Assembly: GCA_031265515.1 (NCBI GenBank)
Contig: JAISCN010000047.1
Location: 1 to 63,267, forward strand
From: Clostridiales bacterium
Lineage (GTDB): Bacteria > Bacillota > Clostridia > Lachnospirales > CAMVHY01
Direction: 5' to 3'
Length of the DNA stretch: 63,267 bases
Shown here piece by piece: positions 9,770 to 19,507 of this stretch (the stretch's first letter is position 1; every line of letters begins with the position of its first letter). Below the pieces are notes generated by a model, which worked only from the letters and a program-made list of their open reading frames with translations, did not search any database and had not been told where the DNA came from. The translations under genes were made by a program, and so were the position numbers.

Positions 9770-10558
9770 TTACTGTAAAATTAGATCTAATTCTTTATTG
9801 ATTTTTTCTTTAATTTTATAAAATAAATTTTTGTCAAATTTTTTGTGTAAAAATAGTTTTTCAAAATCTTTGTATTTGTTAAACAAGATGATTTCAGCAA
9901 GATCGCATTTTATTTTTTTATTCTTGTAAATAAAGTTAATATTATCTATGATTTTTAAATCTGGTCTTTTATTTTTCAAATTACTTATCATTAAATTATT
10001 AATTAATAAATTTATAATCAGAGAATTTTTTTTTATTGAATAACAAAAATTAAATTTATCATTAAAATTTATTGTAATGTCGGCATTGTTTAATAGATAT
10101 TTATTAAAACCAACGATTTGAATATTTAAGCCACTATCACAAAATATTTCGTGAACCTGTTTTTCATAAATATTTTTATTTTCGGTCATTAAAGTCAAAT
10201 AATTTACTTTTGGATAAATATTTTCTAATGCTATTTGCGTTAGCTTGGTATTATTTCCATCTAGTAAGAATATTTCTTTTGTTTGTAAATCTAAAATATT
10301 ATCTTTTAATACTCTGTGTACAAAAAACGACGATAAAAAAATGCCATCTGCAAAAATCAAATTCGAGCCTTTGAATCTTAAATTGCTTTTTAAGATTTTA
10401 ATATTTTTATTTTTTTTAATAAAGTTATTTAGTTTTATTGCAGCATGATTTTTGTTATTTGTTATGATATTTATATCAAAACCATCTATTTCAAATAGTT
10501 TATTCTTTTTCTTTTTTATTAAAACTATGTTTTTGAAAAATAAAAATAATAAAAACAA
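9770..10558 (-). CDS. Hypothetical protein with backbone-like K/N/I-rich composition
   Basis: 262-aa ORF with a TTG start. I recognise no motif. Its composition matches the AT-rich backbone (~22% GC sample at 10441-10500). Confidence 0.5.
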   Translation of the reverse strand: MFLLFLFFKNIVLIKKKKNKLFEIDGFDINIITNNKNHAAIKLNNFIKKNKNIKILKSNLRFKGSNLIFADGIFLSSFFVHRVLKDNILDLQTKEIFLLDGNNTKLTQIALENIYPKVNYLTLMTENKNIYEKQVHEIFCDSGLNIQIVGFNKYLLNNADITINFNDKFNFCYSIKKNSLIINLLINNLMISNLKNKRPDLKIIDNINFIYKNKKIKCDLAEIILFNKYKDFEKLFLHKKFDKNLFYKIKEKINKELDLILQ

Positions 10559-10883
10559 TCTGATGCTTTCTAGAGAATTAATTTTAAACTTAATTTTTTT
10601 TATGTCTATAAAATTAATAATTGCAAAAATTTATATCACTCGCTATATAACTATTTAAATTAATATAAACAAGTATTTTTTATTAAATTTGATTTCGTTT
10701 TAGAATTGAGCGCTCAAAGCTTAATTTTTTAATTTATATCATCATATATAATTGTTTGAAATTTAGATTAAAAATGATTATAATGACAAAATAAATTGAA
10801 AATAATGATTTTAAGGCGAATGTCGTGAAAAAGCTATTATTATAAGCGAAAGTCACACTAGAGGTTTACGATCTTCTTGAACG

Positions 10884-11459
10884 TTGATATTGTTTTTTCT
10901 TCGTAAAATTAAATTGTTAGTAGGAAATTTTTCGGGAGAACATTCGAAAACAACTTTAAGAAATAATCTAATGATTCTTCAAACTTTATTAATAGAAATG
11001 AATAAAGTTCGAGATAGCGCGCCTGAAGATACACACAAAACACTTAATAGTAGCAATGAGTTAGTAATTTATCAATCTAATCGTGCTAGAAAAGTTATAT
11101 ACGAGGTTGCACGTATTCTAAATTGCATGATAAAAGATCATACAAAAATAGATAAACTTTCGCCGGAATCTGTAAGTATTACAACTTGGAGATTATCGCT
11201 AGTATTCAATTCATTAGAGAAAAGAAAATCAGCACTATTTGAGGAAAGATATGTACTCTGGTCGTTATTTGATAAGATAGATGATATAAATGATGATATC
11301 GATTTTTATAATCAGGAAAGAAGTTCTGTACTTAGAATTCATGCAAAATTAAAAGTTTCAGAAATTATCCAATTACTTGAACAAGACTTAGAGTTGCCGC
11401 GTTTAGGATACATGACACCGGAAGAACAAAAATTCGTTGTAATGCTTTATATTAAATAA
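10884..11459 (+). CDS. Hypothetical protein. The start is uncertain and this may be part of a decayed larger gene.
   Basis: 191-aa ORF from a TTG with no usable SD. Internal ATGs occur at codons 30 and 39. Higher-GC DNA continues to ~11760, with a start-less ~70-codon open frame shifted by one frame directly after the stop. Confidence 0.4.
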   Translation: MILFFLRKIKLLVGNFSGEHSKTTLRNNLMILQTLLIEMNKVRDSAPEDTHKTLNSSNELVIYQSNRARKVIYEVARILNCMIKDHTKIDKLSPESVSITTWRLSLVFNSLEKRKSALFEERYVLWSLFDKIDDINDDIDFYNQERSSVLRIHAKLKVSEIIQLLEQDLELPRLGYMTPEEQKFVVMLYIK

Positions 11460-11777
11460 AGAAAAAACTCAAAGAGAGACTTCAAGAGTTCATGGCATTA
11501 CTTATTATGAGGAATTTTCGGCATCGTCACTACAAACTATTTTATTGGTTAAAGAAATAAGTTATTGTACGAGTAATCTGGAAGAAAGAAATAAAAGAGA
11601 AAGGAATAAGTCCACAACAATTAAGAGCAATGGAACATCATTGTTCGCAGTGCTTTAAAGAACCATCTCAAAAAAATCTTCGATCTTCAATTAGCACGTG
11701 AGAGATTTTGTAAGAAATTTCGTTTGTAAACCGAAGCGCATAGGGAATATTATTTGCAAAAAGAATTAATTTAAATG

Positions 11778-12503
11778 TTATTTTTTTAAATTTAAAACAT
11801 TTTTAAATAATTCGGTTGATGTATTTAATACTAAATCATCTGGGAATTTAATTTCTTTTAATAAATCTATTGCTAAATCCAACTCGGCGATGTCAAGAGC
11901 AAAATGAGCATCACTACTCAAAATTACGTAGCATGATTTCTTTTTGCATTCTAATAAAATTTCTTTAAGTATATCTCTAGCGCCAAATCTTAAATTGCTT
12001 TGTTTGAGTGTTGAATTATTTATTTCTATTATTGTGTCAGTTTCTTTTGCTTTATCAACAACTTTTTTAATATCAAATAAATATTGCAAATCATTAGGAT
12101 GTCCTAGAATATTGACTCGTTTGTTTTCTAAAACCGATATTATCAAATCAGTATTATCGCCTTTTGATCTTATGCACGGGTGATGTAAGCTAGCTATAAT
12201 TATATCAAGTTGATCTAAAATCCCGTTAGGTAAATCTAAATCTGCTGAATAATTTATAATATTCGCTTCAACACCGTATAAAACCTCTAAAATTTTATTT
12301 TCGCGTTTTATTTTTCTTGGTAATGATTTTAAATTCCCAAAGTGATGTATTTTTGTTGAACCAGATAATAGAGGCCCGTGATCTGTTATGGCAATTAGAT
12401 CAAGTTTTTTTAAAAAAGCTTGATCTATACATTCTAAAATCGTACTATAAGCGTGACCGCTTGATATAGTGTGAACATGTGTATCGAGTAAGATTTTTGT
12501 CAT
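11778..12503 (-). CDS. PHP-domain phosphoesterase (YcdX-like)
   Basis: 241 aa. It starts with 'LLDTHVHTISSGHAYS' and contains 'ITDHGP', the His/Asp pattern of PHP-family metal-dependent phosphatases. Confidence 0.85.
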   Translation of the reverse strand: MTKILLDTHVHTISSGHAYSTILECIDQAFLKKLDLIAITDHGPLLSGSTKIHHFGNLKSLPRKIKRENKILEVLYGVEANIINYSADLDLPNGILDQLDIIIASLHHPCIRSKGDNTDLIISVLENKRVNILGHPNDLQYLFDIKKVVDKAKETDTIIEINNSTLKQSNLRFGARDILKEILLECKKKSCYVILSSDAHFALDIAELDLAIDLLKEIKFPDDLVLNTSTELFKNVLNLKK

Positions 12504-12748
12504 TTAAACTCCAGTAAACTGTTTTTTAAAAAATTGTTAGTAATATTTTTGATCATAATTTTATTGATTAAATAATTTTTTATTTATAAATTAGCTTGAC
12601 TTTTTGTTTGTCATGATATTTTTTAATCAGCACTTTTTTAAAAATAATCTTAAACACAAAGGATTTTGTGTCGCAAAAAAGAAATATATTTTTTTACGAC
12701 GTTTTTTATGTAACATAAAATATTAAAAAAAATTAGGAGTTTTATTTT

Positions 12749-14161
12749 ATGGATAATTCAACGATTAGTCTAGATTATAATAACATGATGTACGAAAAAA
12801 ATTATAACGACGGATTTAGCGAAATAAATATTCGCGATACAAACGAAAAAGTACGCGAAGCAATTTCTAGCTTTGAAAAAAAACGCCTAGAGAAACAAAT
12901 AACTTGGACTGATTTACATAATGATACTAAAATTTGTGACAGAATACTCGATCTTGTTGAAAAGTATAGATCTAGTGATTGGATGGAGAATTTTGTTGTT
13001 TTAGGTATTGGAGGATCTGCACTTGGTCCAATTGCATTGCATCATGCTATAAATTCTCCATATTATAACGAACTTTCGAGAAGCAAACGAAATAATTATC
13101 CTCGTTTTTATGTTCTCGATAATATTGATCCTGAACGTTTAGGATATTTTTTTGAAGCAGTAGATATAAATAAAACTTTATTTAACGTAATTTCAAAGTC
13201 TGGTAAAACCGTTGAAACAATGTCGCAATTTATGATAGTAAAAAAAATGTTAGAAGACAATCTTGGAAAAGAAAAAGCTCGAGAAAGAATAATTTGTACT
13301 ACTGGTAAAAACGACGGAGATTTGGCGAAAATAGCAGGAGAAGAAAATTACGAAATTTTTTATATAGATGACGGAGTTGGCGGACGTTTTTCAGTTCTAA
13401 GTTGTGTAGGTTTACTTCCGGCTGGAATAACTGGAATAGATATTAGAGAATTATTAAATGGCGCAAAGTATTTTGATGGGATTTATAATTCTAATCCTGA
13501 AAAGAATTTTGCGAGTGTTTTTGCTCCTTTGTGTTATTTGGCCGAAAAGCGTGAAAAAAATATTTTAATCATGATGCCTTATGCAGATTCTCTAAAATAT
13601 ATATCAGGTTGGTCTTCGCAACTCTATGCTGAATCATTAGGAAAGAAAAAAGAAGTGTTAGGCAAAACAACAAATTATGGTCAAACACTAGTAGGATCAC
13701 TAGGAGCAACTGATCAACATTCGCAACTTCAACTTTATAGCGACGGTCCTAACGACAAAGTGATAGTTTTTGTTGGTGTGAAAAATTATCGACATTCTAT
13801 AAAAATTCCAAAAATTTTAGACAATGAGTTTAAAAATATAGATTTTCTATGCGGTATTACACATAATGAATTAATACGTGCGGAAAAACGCGCAACAGAA
13901 TTTTCTTTATTAAAATCACAACGTCTAAACATGACAATTGATTTGCCTAGAGTTGACGAATTTATACTAGGTCAGTTATTTTATTCTCTCGAAATATCAG
14001 TATCTTTGATTGGAGAAATGCTAGGAATAAATGCTTTTGATCAACCCGGTGTCGAAGAATCTAAGAATTCTGTTTGCGCTATACTTGATTGCGCCGGATA
14101 CGAAAACAAAAAAATAGACATAGAAAAGAGTCTTATTAAAAATAAAAAATATATAGTTTAA
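12749..14161 (+). CDS. pgi: Glucose-6-phosphate isomerase
   Basis: 470 aa. Motifs seen: 'LGIGGSALGP', 'ISKSGKTVET', 'GGRFSVLSCVGLLPA' and 'DQHSQLQLYSDG'. AGGAG lies 9 nt upstream of the ATG. Confidence 0.95.
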   Translation: MDNSTISLDYNNMMYEKNYNDGFSEINIRDTNEKVREAISSFEKKRLEKQITWTDLHNDTKICDRILDLVEKYRSSDWMENFVVLGIGGSALGPIALHHAINSPYYNELSRSKRNNYPRFYVLDNIDPERLGYFFEAVDINKTLFNVISKSGKTVETMSQFMIVKKMLEDNLGKEKARERIICTTGKNDGDLAKIAGEENYEIFYIDDGVGGRFSVLSCVGLLPAGITGIDIRELLNGAKYFDGIYNSNPEKNFASVFAPLCYLAEKREKNILIMMPYADSLKYISGWSSQLYAESLGKKKEVLGKTTNYGQTLVGSLGATDQHSQLQLYSDGPNDKVIVFVGVKNYRHSIKIPKILDNEFKNIDFLCGITHNELIRAEKRATEFSLLKSQRLNMTIDLPRVDEFILGQLFYSLEISVSLIGEMLGINAFDQPGVEESKNSVCAILDCAGYENKKIDIEKSLIKNKKYIV

Positions 14162-14189
14162 AAAATTAAATTTACATATTTTATTTTAT

Positions 14190-14238
14190 TGCGAAGTTGT
14201 TTGTTGTTTTGATAGTTTTTTACATGTACAACTTCGCA
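14190..14238 (+). terminator. Perfect 11-bp inverted repeat downstream of pgi, a possible terminator
   Basis: TGCGAAGTTGT (14190-14200) pairs with ACAACTTCGCA (14228-14238) across a 27-nt loop, followed by a T-rich 'tattttgtatg'. The loop is long for a classical intrinsic terminator. Confidence 0.35.
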
Positions 14239-14460
14239 TATTTTGTATGTTATCTCTAGAAAATCAATATATTCTTAAGAAAATATAATTTCAAAAGCAT
14301 TACTATCATTATTTTAGTAGAGTTATTATTAAAAAATCTATGAGTATCTTATATCGTTTTTTATTTTTGTTTTAAATTGTTTAGAAACTAAAATCAAAGC
14401 GTTTATTTTTTAGTTTACTTTGAGTCCATAGGTTACAATTGCTTGTCAAGGAGTGATTTT

Positions 14461-15759
14461 TTGGGTTTTAGCAATCACGAACTATTTATTCAAAGAGATT
14501 TGCAAATCATATTTTTTAAATTTTTTATATTGTTCTTCTTACTTATAATTTCTGCGTTTTTTTCTGCAGCGGAGACTGCTTTGACTTCTTTAAATAAAAT
14601 TAGATTAAGAACTATGCTAGAAAACAAAATAAAAAAATCTGATTTAGTTTCTAAAATTTGTGAATCTCCTCAAAAGTTGCTCAGTACTGTTTTGATAGGA
14701 AATAATTTTTGTAATATATGCGCTTCATCATTAGTAACATCTGTAGCGATAGACATCTCAGGAGATAATGCTTTCGTTCTGTTGATTTGCAGCGTTATAA
14801 CTACTTTTTTTATATTAATTCTTTCGGAAATAACGCCAAAACACATAGCAAGTCAACAACCGGAAAAACTAGCTCTTTCTTTGGCAAGTACTATAATTTT
14901 TTTTGAATTTGTATTCACACCAATTGTTATAATACTAAATTTTATTTCTAATAAAATTTCTTATTTATTTGGAAATAAAAAAAAATTTTCTAATAATTTA
15001 TCCGTCACTGAAGAAGATTTAAAAACTATGGTAGAAGTAAGTCACGAAGAAGGAGTTCTAGAATCTGATGAGCGAGAGATGATAGATAACGTAGTGGCAT
15101 TTGGAGATTCTTATGCCAAAGACGTCATGATACCAAGAACTGATATAAAAGCGATAAATATAAATTCTTCTCGTGAAATAATAGAAAAAATTTTTAACGA
15201 AGATCGTTTTTCGAGATTGCCAGTATTTCGTGAAAATATAGATGATATAATTGGAATTTTAAATGTCAAAGATTTTATATTTGATAATGATTTAGAAATC
15301 AATAAAATTCTTAGAAAACCGTATTTTACTCATGAATATAAAAGAATCAGAGAATTATTTAAGATAATGAAAGCAAAAAGAATTTCAATGACGATAGTTT
15401 TAGATGAATATGGCGGAACAACAGGTTTAATAACTCTGGAAGATTTAGTAGAAGAAATAGTTGGTGAAATTGATGATGAATATGACGATCCAGATCAAGA
15501 AATTTGTTTAATAAAAGACGGTGAATATATAGTTGACGGAAGTACAAAGATTAGTAGCGTAAACGAAAAACTAGAAATAAATCTAGAATCAAATGGATTT
15601 GAATCAATCGGCGGTTATCTAATAGAATCGATGGGATATTTTCCTAAACCATCTGAAGTTTTCGAAACTAAAAATTTAAAATTCATAATTGAAAAGGCAG
15701 ATAAAAATAGAATAGAAAAAATATTGATTAAAATTAAAACTTTTTCGTCTGAAGATTAA
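14461..15759 (+). CDS. CNNM/TlyC-family membrane protein (DUF21 + CBS pair + CorC_HlyC)
   Basis: The ORF is open from TTG 14443, but AAGGAG at 14448-14453 sits 7 nt before the in-frame TTG at 14461. Features: N-terminal TM helices, 'SAAETALTS', a CBS-pair region and a C-terminal CorC/HlyC-like domain. Confidence 0.85.
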   Translation: MGFSNHELFIQRDLQIIFFKFFILFFLLIISAFFSAAETALTSLNKIRLRTMLENKIKKSDLVSKICESPQKLLSTVLIGNNFCNICASSLVTSVAIDISGDNAFVLLICSVITTFFILILSEITPKHIASQQPEKLALSLASTIIFFEFVFTPIVIILNFISNKISYLFGNKKKFSNNLSVTEEDLKTMVEVSHEEGVLESDEREMIDNVVAFGDSYAKDVMIPRTDIKAININSSREIIEKIFNEDRFSRLPVFRENIDDIIGILNVKDFIFDNDLEINKILRKPYFTHEYKRIRELFKIMKAKRISMTIVLDEYGGTTGLITLEDLVEEIVGEIDDEYDDPDQEICLIKDGEYIVDGSTKISSVNEKLEINLESNGFESIGGYLIESMGYFPKPSEVFETKNLKFIIEKADKNRIEKILIKIKTFSSED

Positions 15760-16118
15760 AAAACAAAATTTGCGAGACACGCTAAAATTTATCGTGTATT
15801 AGAAATAATTGTAACTTGCTTATCAAACTAAAAATAAAAAACTTTATGAAATCTATATAATTCGAAAAAAATGTTTCGAACTGTCTTTTATTTTCTATGA
15901 CAAATTTTTTTATTCAAAAACATTTTATAAATATCATTCGCGACAGCGTACACATTTTTTTATAACTTACTATCAATTAAAAATTATTGTATTGCAGTGT
16001 AGAATATCGAATAAATATAACTTACATATCCAACAATTTTATCTAAAAATTTTCTTATTTAGTTTTGCATTTTTATTGAAGATGCTTTTTCCTCTTCGAA
16101 CGTTACGTCTGATTTCTG

Positions 16119-17999
16119 TTAATTTTCTGCTTGATTATTGTTTATTTTATCTTCAATTGATTCTGGATCTTCATCTTTATCACTATTAGAAGAAATAGAA
16201 TTTTTTGACCATTGTGCATATAAAATCAAATTATCGTCTAGAACTATTTTTTCTTTGTTTTTGTATTTTTCACCAGTTCCATCTGATTTTGTGTTCCAAC
16301 TTTTAAATTTATAACCCGGAAGTTTAAATTTGTTTTCCTGTAGATTAAAAGTCTGTAGTTCCACTACTTGACGTGATAATTTCTCTGCTTGCTGCCGTTC
16401 ATCTTTATCTTTATCCTTAGGACAAAAATTTTGAATCTCTTCTATGCCATTTATTTTTGAATTATTTTTAACAAAAACTACTTCTCTTTTTTTGTGACTA
16501 CCACCATAATTCTCTGGAATCGAATCTAAATCTCTGAAACGATCGTTAAAAGTATATATCTTATTATTTTTATCAGGAATCTTGTTAACATTTAGAATTG
16601 TTAATGCTGTACGATTTTGTGGTGGACAGCTTGATCTTAAATATAAAGATTGATAGAGCGTTTCTTTTTTATTCAAACTACTTTTATCAAGCTGAGCAAA
16701 TTTAAATATTTCGTTAATTTGAAAATATTTGTTTCCGGAATCAAGAAACATATCCTCTGCAAAATGACTCCCAACAGAAGTTAAATTTTGCGGAAGATTA
16801 AAGATATCGTTCATTGCAAAACTATCTCCGTGACATTTAGCAAATGTTTTATATGCAAAATAACTTATATTGGTGCTATTTTTGATAGTACTTAATTTTT
16901 GTGGAAGATTAAAAATTTTGTTCATCGTAAAGCTATCGCCGTCACAATCTTCAAACATCATACCCGCGAAACCATCTCCAACAGAAGTTAAATTTTGCGG
17001 AAAATTAAAGACATTATTCATTGTAAAATTAAATCCGTTACAATTTGAAAACATATCGAGTGCAAAGTCATCACCAACAGATTCTAATTTTTTTGATTGC
17101 GGAAGATTAAAAATATCGTTCATATTAAAGTTACTGCCATTGCAAAAACAAAACATATCTCTTGCAAAATGACTCCCAACAGAAGTTAGATTTTGCGGAA
17201 GATTAAAGATGTTGTTCATACTAAAACTATCACCACAACAACCATCAAACATGCTGTTTGCAAAACTGTCCATAGCAGATTCTAATTTTTCTGATTGCGG
17301 AAAATTAAAAATATCGTTCATCGTAAAACTGTCGCCGCTACAACCCCAAAACATACAACACGCAAAATCATCTCCAACAGAAGTTAAATTTTGCGGAAAA
17401 TTAAAGACGTTATTCATTGTAAAATTAGAACCGTCACAACCTTGGAACATACAATATGCAAATTTATCTTCAACAGATTTAACATTTTTCCAAGCTTCTT
17501 CATCAAAAGTAAATTCTTCACCCATAATTATATTTCTGCAACGAAAGAACGTTATAGACCATTCGCGACTGGGTGTGTCTTCGCCGTTTTTTCTCGTCAT
17601 TTCAGGATAAATTCTAGAAATAATTTTTGTTACTTTGTCTTTCATAGGGTTGGAATTTACGTTATTAATATTGCGATTATCAATGTCACCATAATAACCA
17701 AAAGCCCTTAACCAACCATTTTCTTCTGTATTGAACGGTGTTAGAGTTATGATATATTTTTTTGTCTCTTTATAAATATGTTCTATTCCTGAATTTTCAG
17801 AATTATCTTTTTTTTTGCCTAAAAAATTTTCTTTCTGCCCATCTCCCCAATCGATATTCCAGTTATAATCATTAAAATTTCCGCCTACTTTTCCTTGTGT
17901 TGGAACATGAAAAGTTTTATTTTCTTCAGGTATCGTAACCTCAAATTTAAAAATATAAGGACCGTGATCACCAGATGAAGATGAAAATATATTTGTCAA
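16119..17999 (-). CDS. Repeat-containing surface-type protein: PKD-like N-terminal module, eight ~32-34-aa F-x-x-M-F-x-x-C repeats (DUF285/BspA-like) and a C-terminal Listeria-Bacteroides (Flg_new) repeat. It lacks a signal peptide.
   Basis: 626 aa. The PKD signature is 'NIDWGDGQKE...GIEHIYKETKKYIITLTP'. Repeats follow 'F[AS]MN.IFN[LF]PQNLTSVG..FA..MF..C.G..F'. The Flg_new module is 'KLPGYKFKSWNTKSDGTGEKY...LILYAQW'. The TTG start is only 1 nt after GGAG, so the true start is uncertain. Confidence 0.75.
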   Translation of the reverse strand: MTNIFSSSSGDHGPYIFKFEVTIPEENKTFHVPTQGKVGGNFNDYNWNIDWGDGQKENFLGKKKDNSENSGIEHIYKETKKYIITLTPFNTEENGWLRAFGYYGDIDNRNINNVNSNPMKDKVTKIISRIYPEMTRKNGEDTPSREWSITFFRCRNIIMGEEFTFDEEAWKNVKSVEDKFAYCMFQGCDGSNFTMNNVFNFPQNLTSVGDDFACCMFWGCSGDSFTMNDIFNFPQSEKLESAMDSFANSMFDGCCGDSFSMNNIFNLPQNLTSVGSHFARDMFCFCNGSNFNMNDIFNLPQSKKLESVGDDFALDMFSNCNGFNFTMNNVFNFPQNLTSVGDGFAGMMFEDCDGDSFTMNKIFNLPQKLSTIKNSTNISYFAYKTFAKCHGDSFAMNDIFNLPQNLTSVGSHFAEDMFLDSGNKYFQINEIFKFAQLDKSSLNKKETLYQSLYLRSSCPPQNRTALTILNVNKIPDKNNKIYTFNDRFRDLDSIPENYGGSHKKREVVFVKNNSKINGIEEIQNFCPKDKDKDERQQAEKLSRQVVELQTFNLQENKFKLPGYKFKSWNTKSDGTGEKYKNKEKIVLDDNLILYAQWSKNSISSNSDKDEDPESIEDKINNNQAEN

Positions 18000-18300
18000 T
18001 CTCCTTTCTTAGATTACATTATTTTTTGGACCATTTTATACTTGATTTTTGTTTTGAAGAAATCAAACTTCTTAGCACATGAAATACAGAAATCTCTTTT
18101 CTACATCTTTCTTTATACCATCTTGTATTTTTACATATCTAATTTCCATTTTAGTTAGAACAATTATCATTAAAACGGCCCCGAATTTATTTCTTTTTTT
18201 ATATAATTCTGTTTTATAATCTTATTTTTAGTTATCTTAATTAAAGTTTATAATCGAGAATTTTTAAATTTTTTTTTAAAATATTTTCTAACTTCAAAAT

Positions 18301-19374
18301 TTAAATACTATTTGAACTAAGTTTTTTAGCTTGATCGCTAGTAACTAAAGTATCTATGATTTCGTCCAAATCGCCGTTTAAAATATTTTCAAGATTATAT
18401 AAAGTTAAATTTACTCTGTGATCAGTAACTCGGCATTGAGGAAAATTATAGGTCCTTATTTTTTCTGATCTTTCTCCAGTTCCAACTTGTGTTCTGCGAT
18501 CTCTAGCAGTTTCATCATTTTGTTTTTCTAGTTCTAAGTCATAAATTCTTGCTCTTAAAATTTTTAACGCTTTATCTTTATTTTTAAGCTGTGATTTTTC
18601 ATCTTGACAAGATACAACAATTCCACTAGGCAAATGTGTAATTCTTACTGCTGAATCCGTTGTATTTACGCTTTGTCCGCCATTTCCCGAAGATCTAAAA
18701 ACATCTATTCTTAAATCATTTTGATTAATTTTAACATCCAATTCTTCAGCTTCAGGCAATATCGCCACTGTCGCAGTAGAAGTGTGAATTCTGCCATTAG
18801 ACTCAGTCTCTGGAACACGTTGAACCCTATGGACACCACTTTCAAATTTTAATTTTGAATAGACACCTTGACCATGTATCATAAAAATTATTTCTTTAAT
18901 TCCGCCAATATAACCTTCGTTTAAATTAAAAATTTCTATGCGCCATTTTTTAGATTCAGAATAACGACTATACATTTTAAACAAATCGCTGACAAATAGA
19001 CTAGCTTCTAGTCCTCCAGTACCTGCTCTAATTTCAACTATTATGTTTTTTTCATCATTTATGTCTTTAGGCAACAATAAAGTCTTTAATTCATATTCTA
19101 AATTTTCTATCATGTCTTGATTATTTTTTAGTTCTTCTTTTGCAAGTTGTCTGAAGTCTTCGTCATTATTATTTTCTAAAATATCTTTAGCATCTAAAAT
19201 ATTTTTTTTAACATTTTTATACTCGTTATATTTAAGAATTATTGATTCCAAGTAATTTTTCTCTTTATTTATTTTCTTCCATAAATTCAAATCCAAAGAT
19301 ATCAAATCACTGTCAGCGATTTTTTTTGTCAAATCATCATACTTTTTTTCTAATTCAATAAGTTTTTTAAACAT
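18301..19374 (-). CDS. prfA: Peptide chain release factor 1
   Basis: It has the GGQ motif '[10 protein letters not shown]' and 'PETES' in place of the RF1 PxT tripeptide. I place the start at the internal ATG 19374 ([15 protein letters not shown], 358 aa). The track ORF extends 22 codons further to GTG 19440. Confidence 0.93.
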   Translation of the reverse strand: MFKKLIELEKKYDDLTKKIADSDLISLDLNLWKKINKEKNYLESIILKYNEYKNVKKNILDAKDILENNNDEDFRQLAKEELKNNQDMIENLEYELKTLLLPKDINDEKNIIVEIRAGTGGLEASLFVSDLFKMYSRYSESKKWRIEIFNLNEGYIGGIKEIIFMIHGQGVYSKLKFESGVHRVQRVPETESNGRIHTSTATVAILPEAEELDVKINQNDLRIDVFRSSGNGGQSVNTTDSAVRITHLPSGIVVSCQDEKSQLKNKDKALKILRARIYDLELEKQNDETARDRRTQVGTGERSEKIRTYNFPQCRVTDHRVNLTLYNLENILNGDLDEIIDTLVTSDQAKKLSSNSI

Positions 19375-19507
19375 AAATAAACTTCTAACATAAATAACTT
19401 TATTTTTGTTTTTATTATTATCGCAGCATTTGTCATACACAAAATAAACAAATGCGCTAAAAAATAAGACAAAAGATTATAAATAATAATTTAAATAACA
19501 AAAAAAT

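Noticed and set aside
16870-17711. Plus-strand ORFs 16870-17172, 17209-17610 and 17391-17711, antisense to the repeat surface-protein gene.
   Set aside because: They are antisense shadows of the internal repeats, and their translations repeat the same 'KLSPLQ...FCGKLKTLFIVKL' strings. They have no SD sites, and the minus-strand ORF carries recognisable PKD-like and Flg_new modules.
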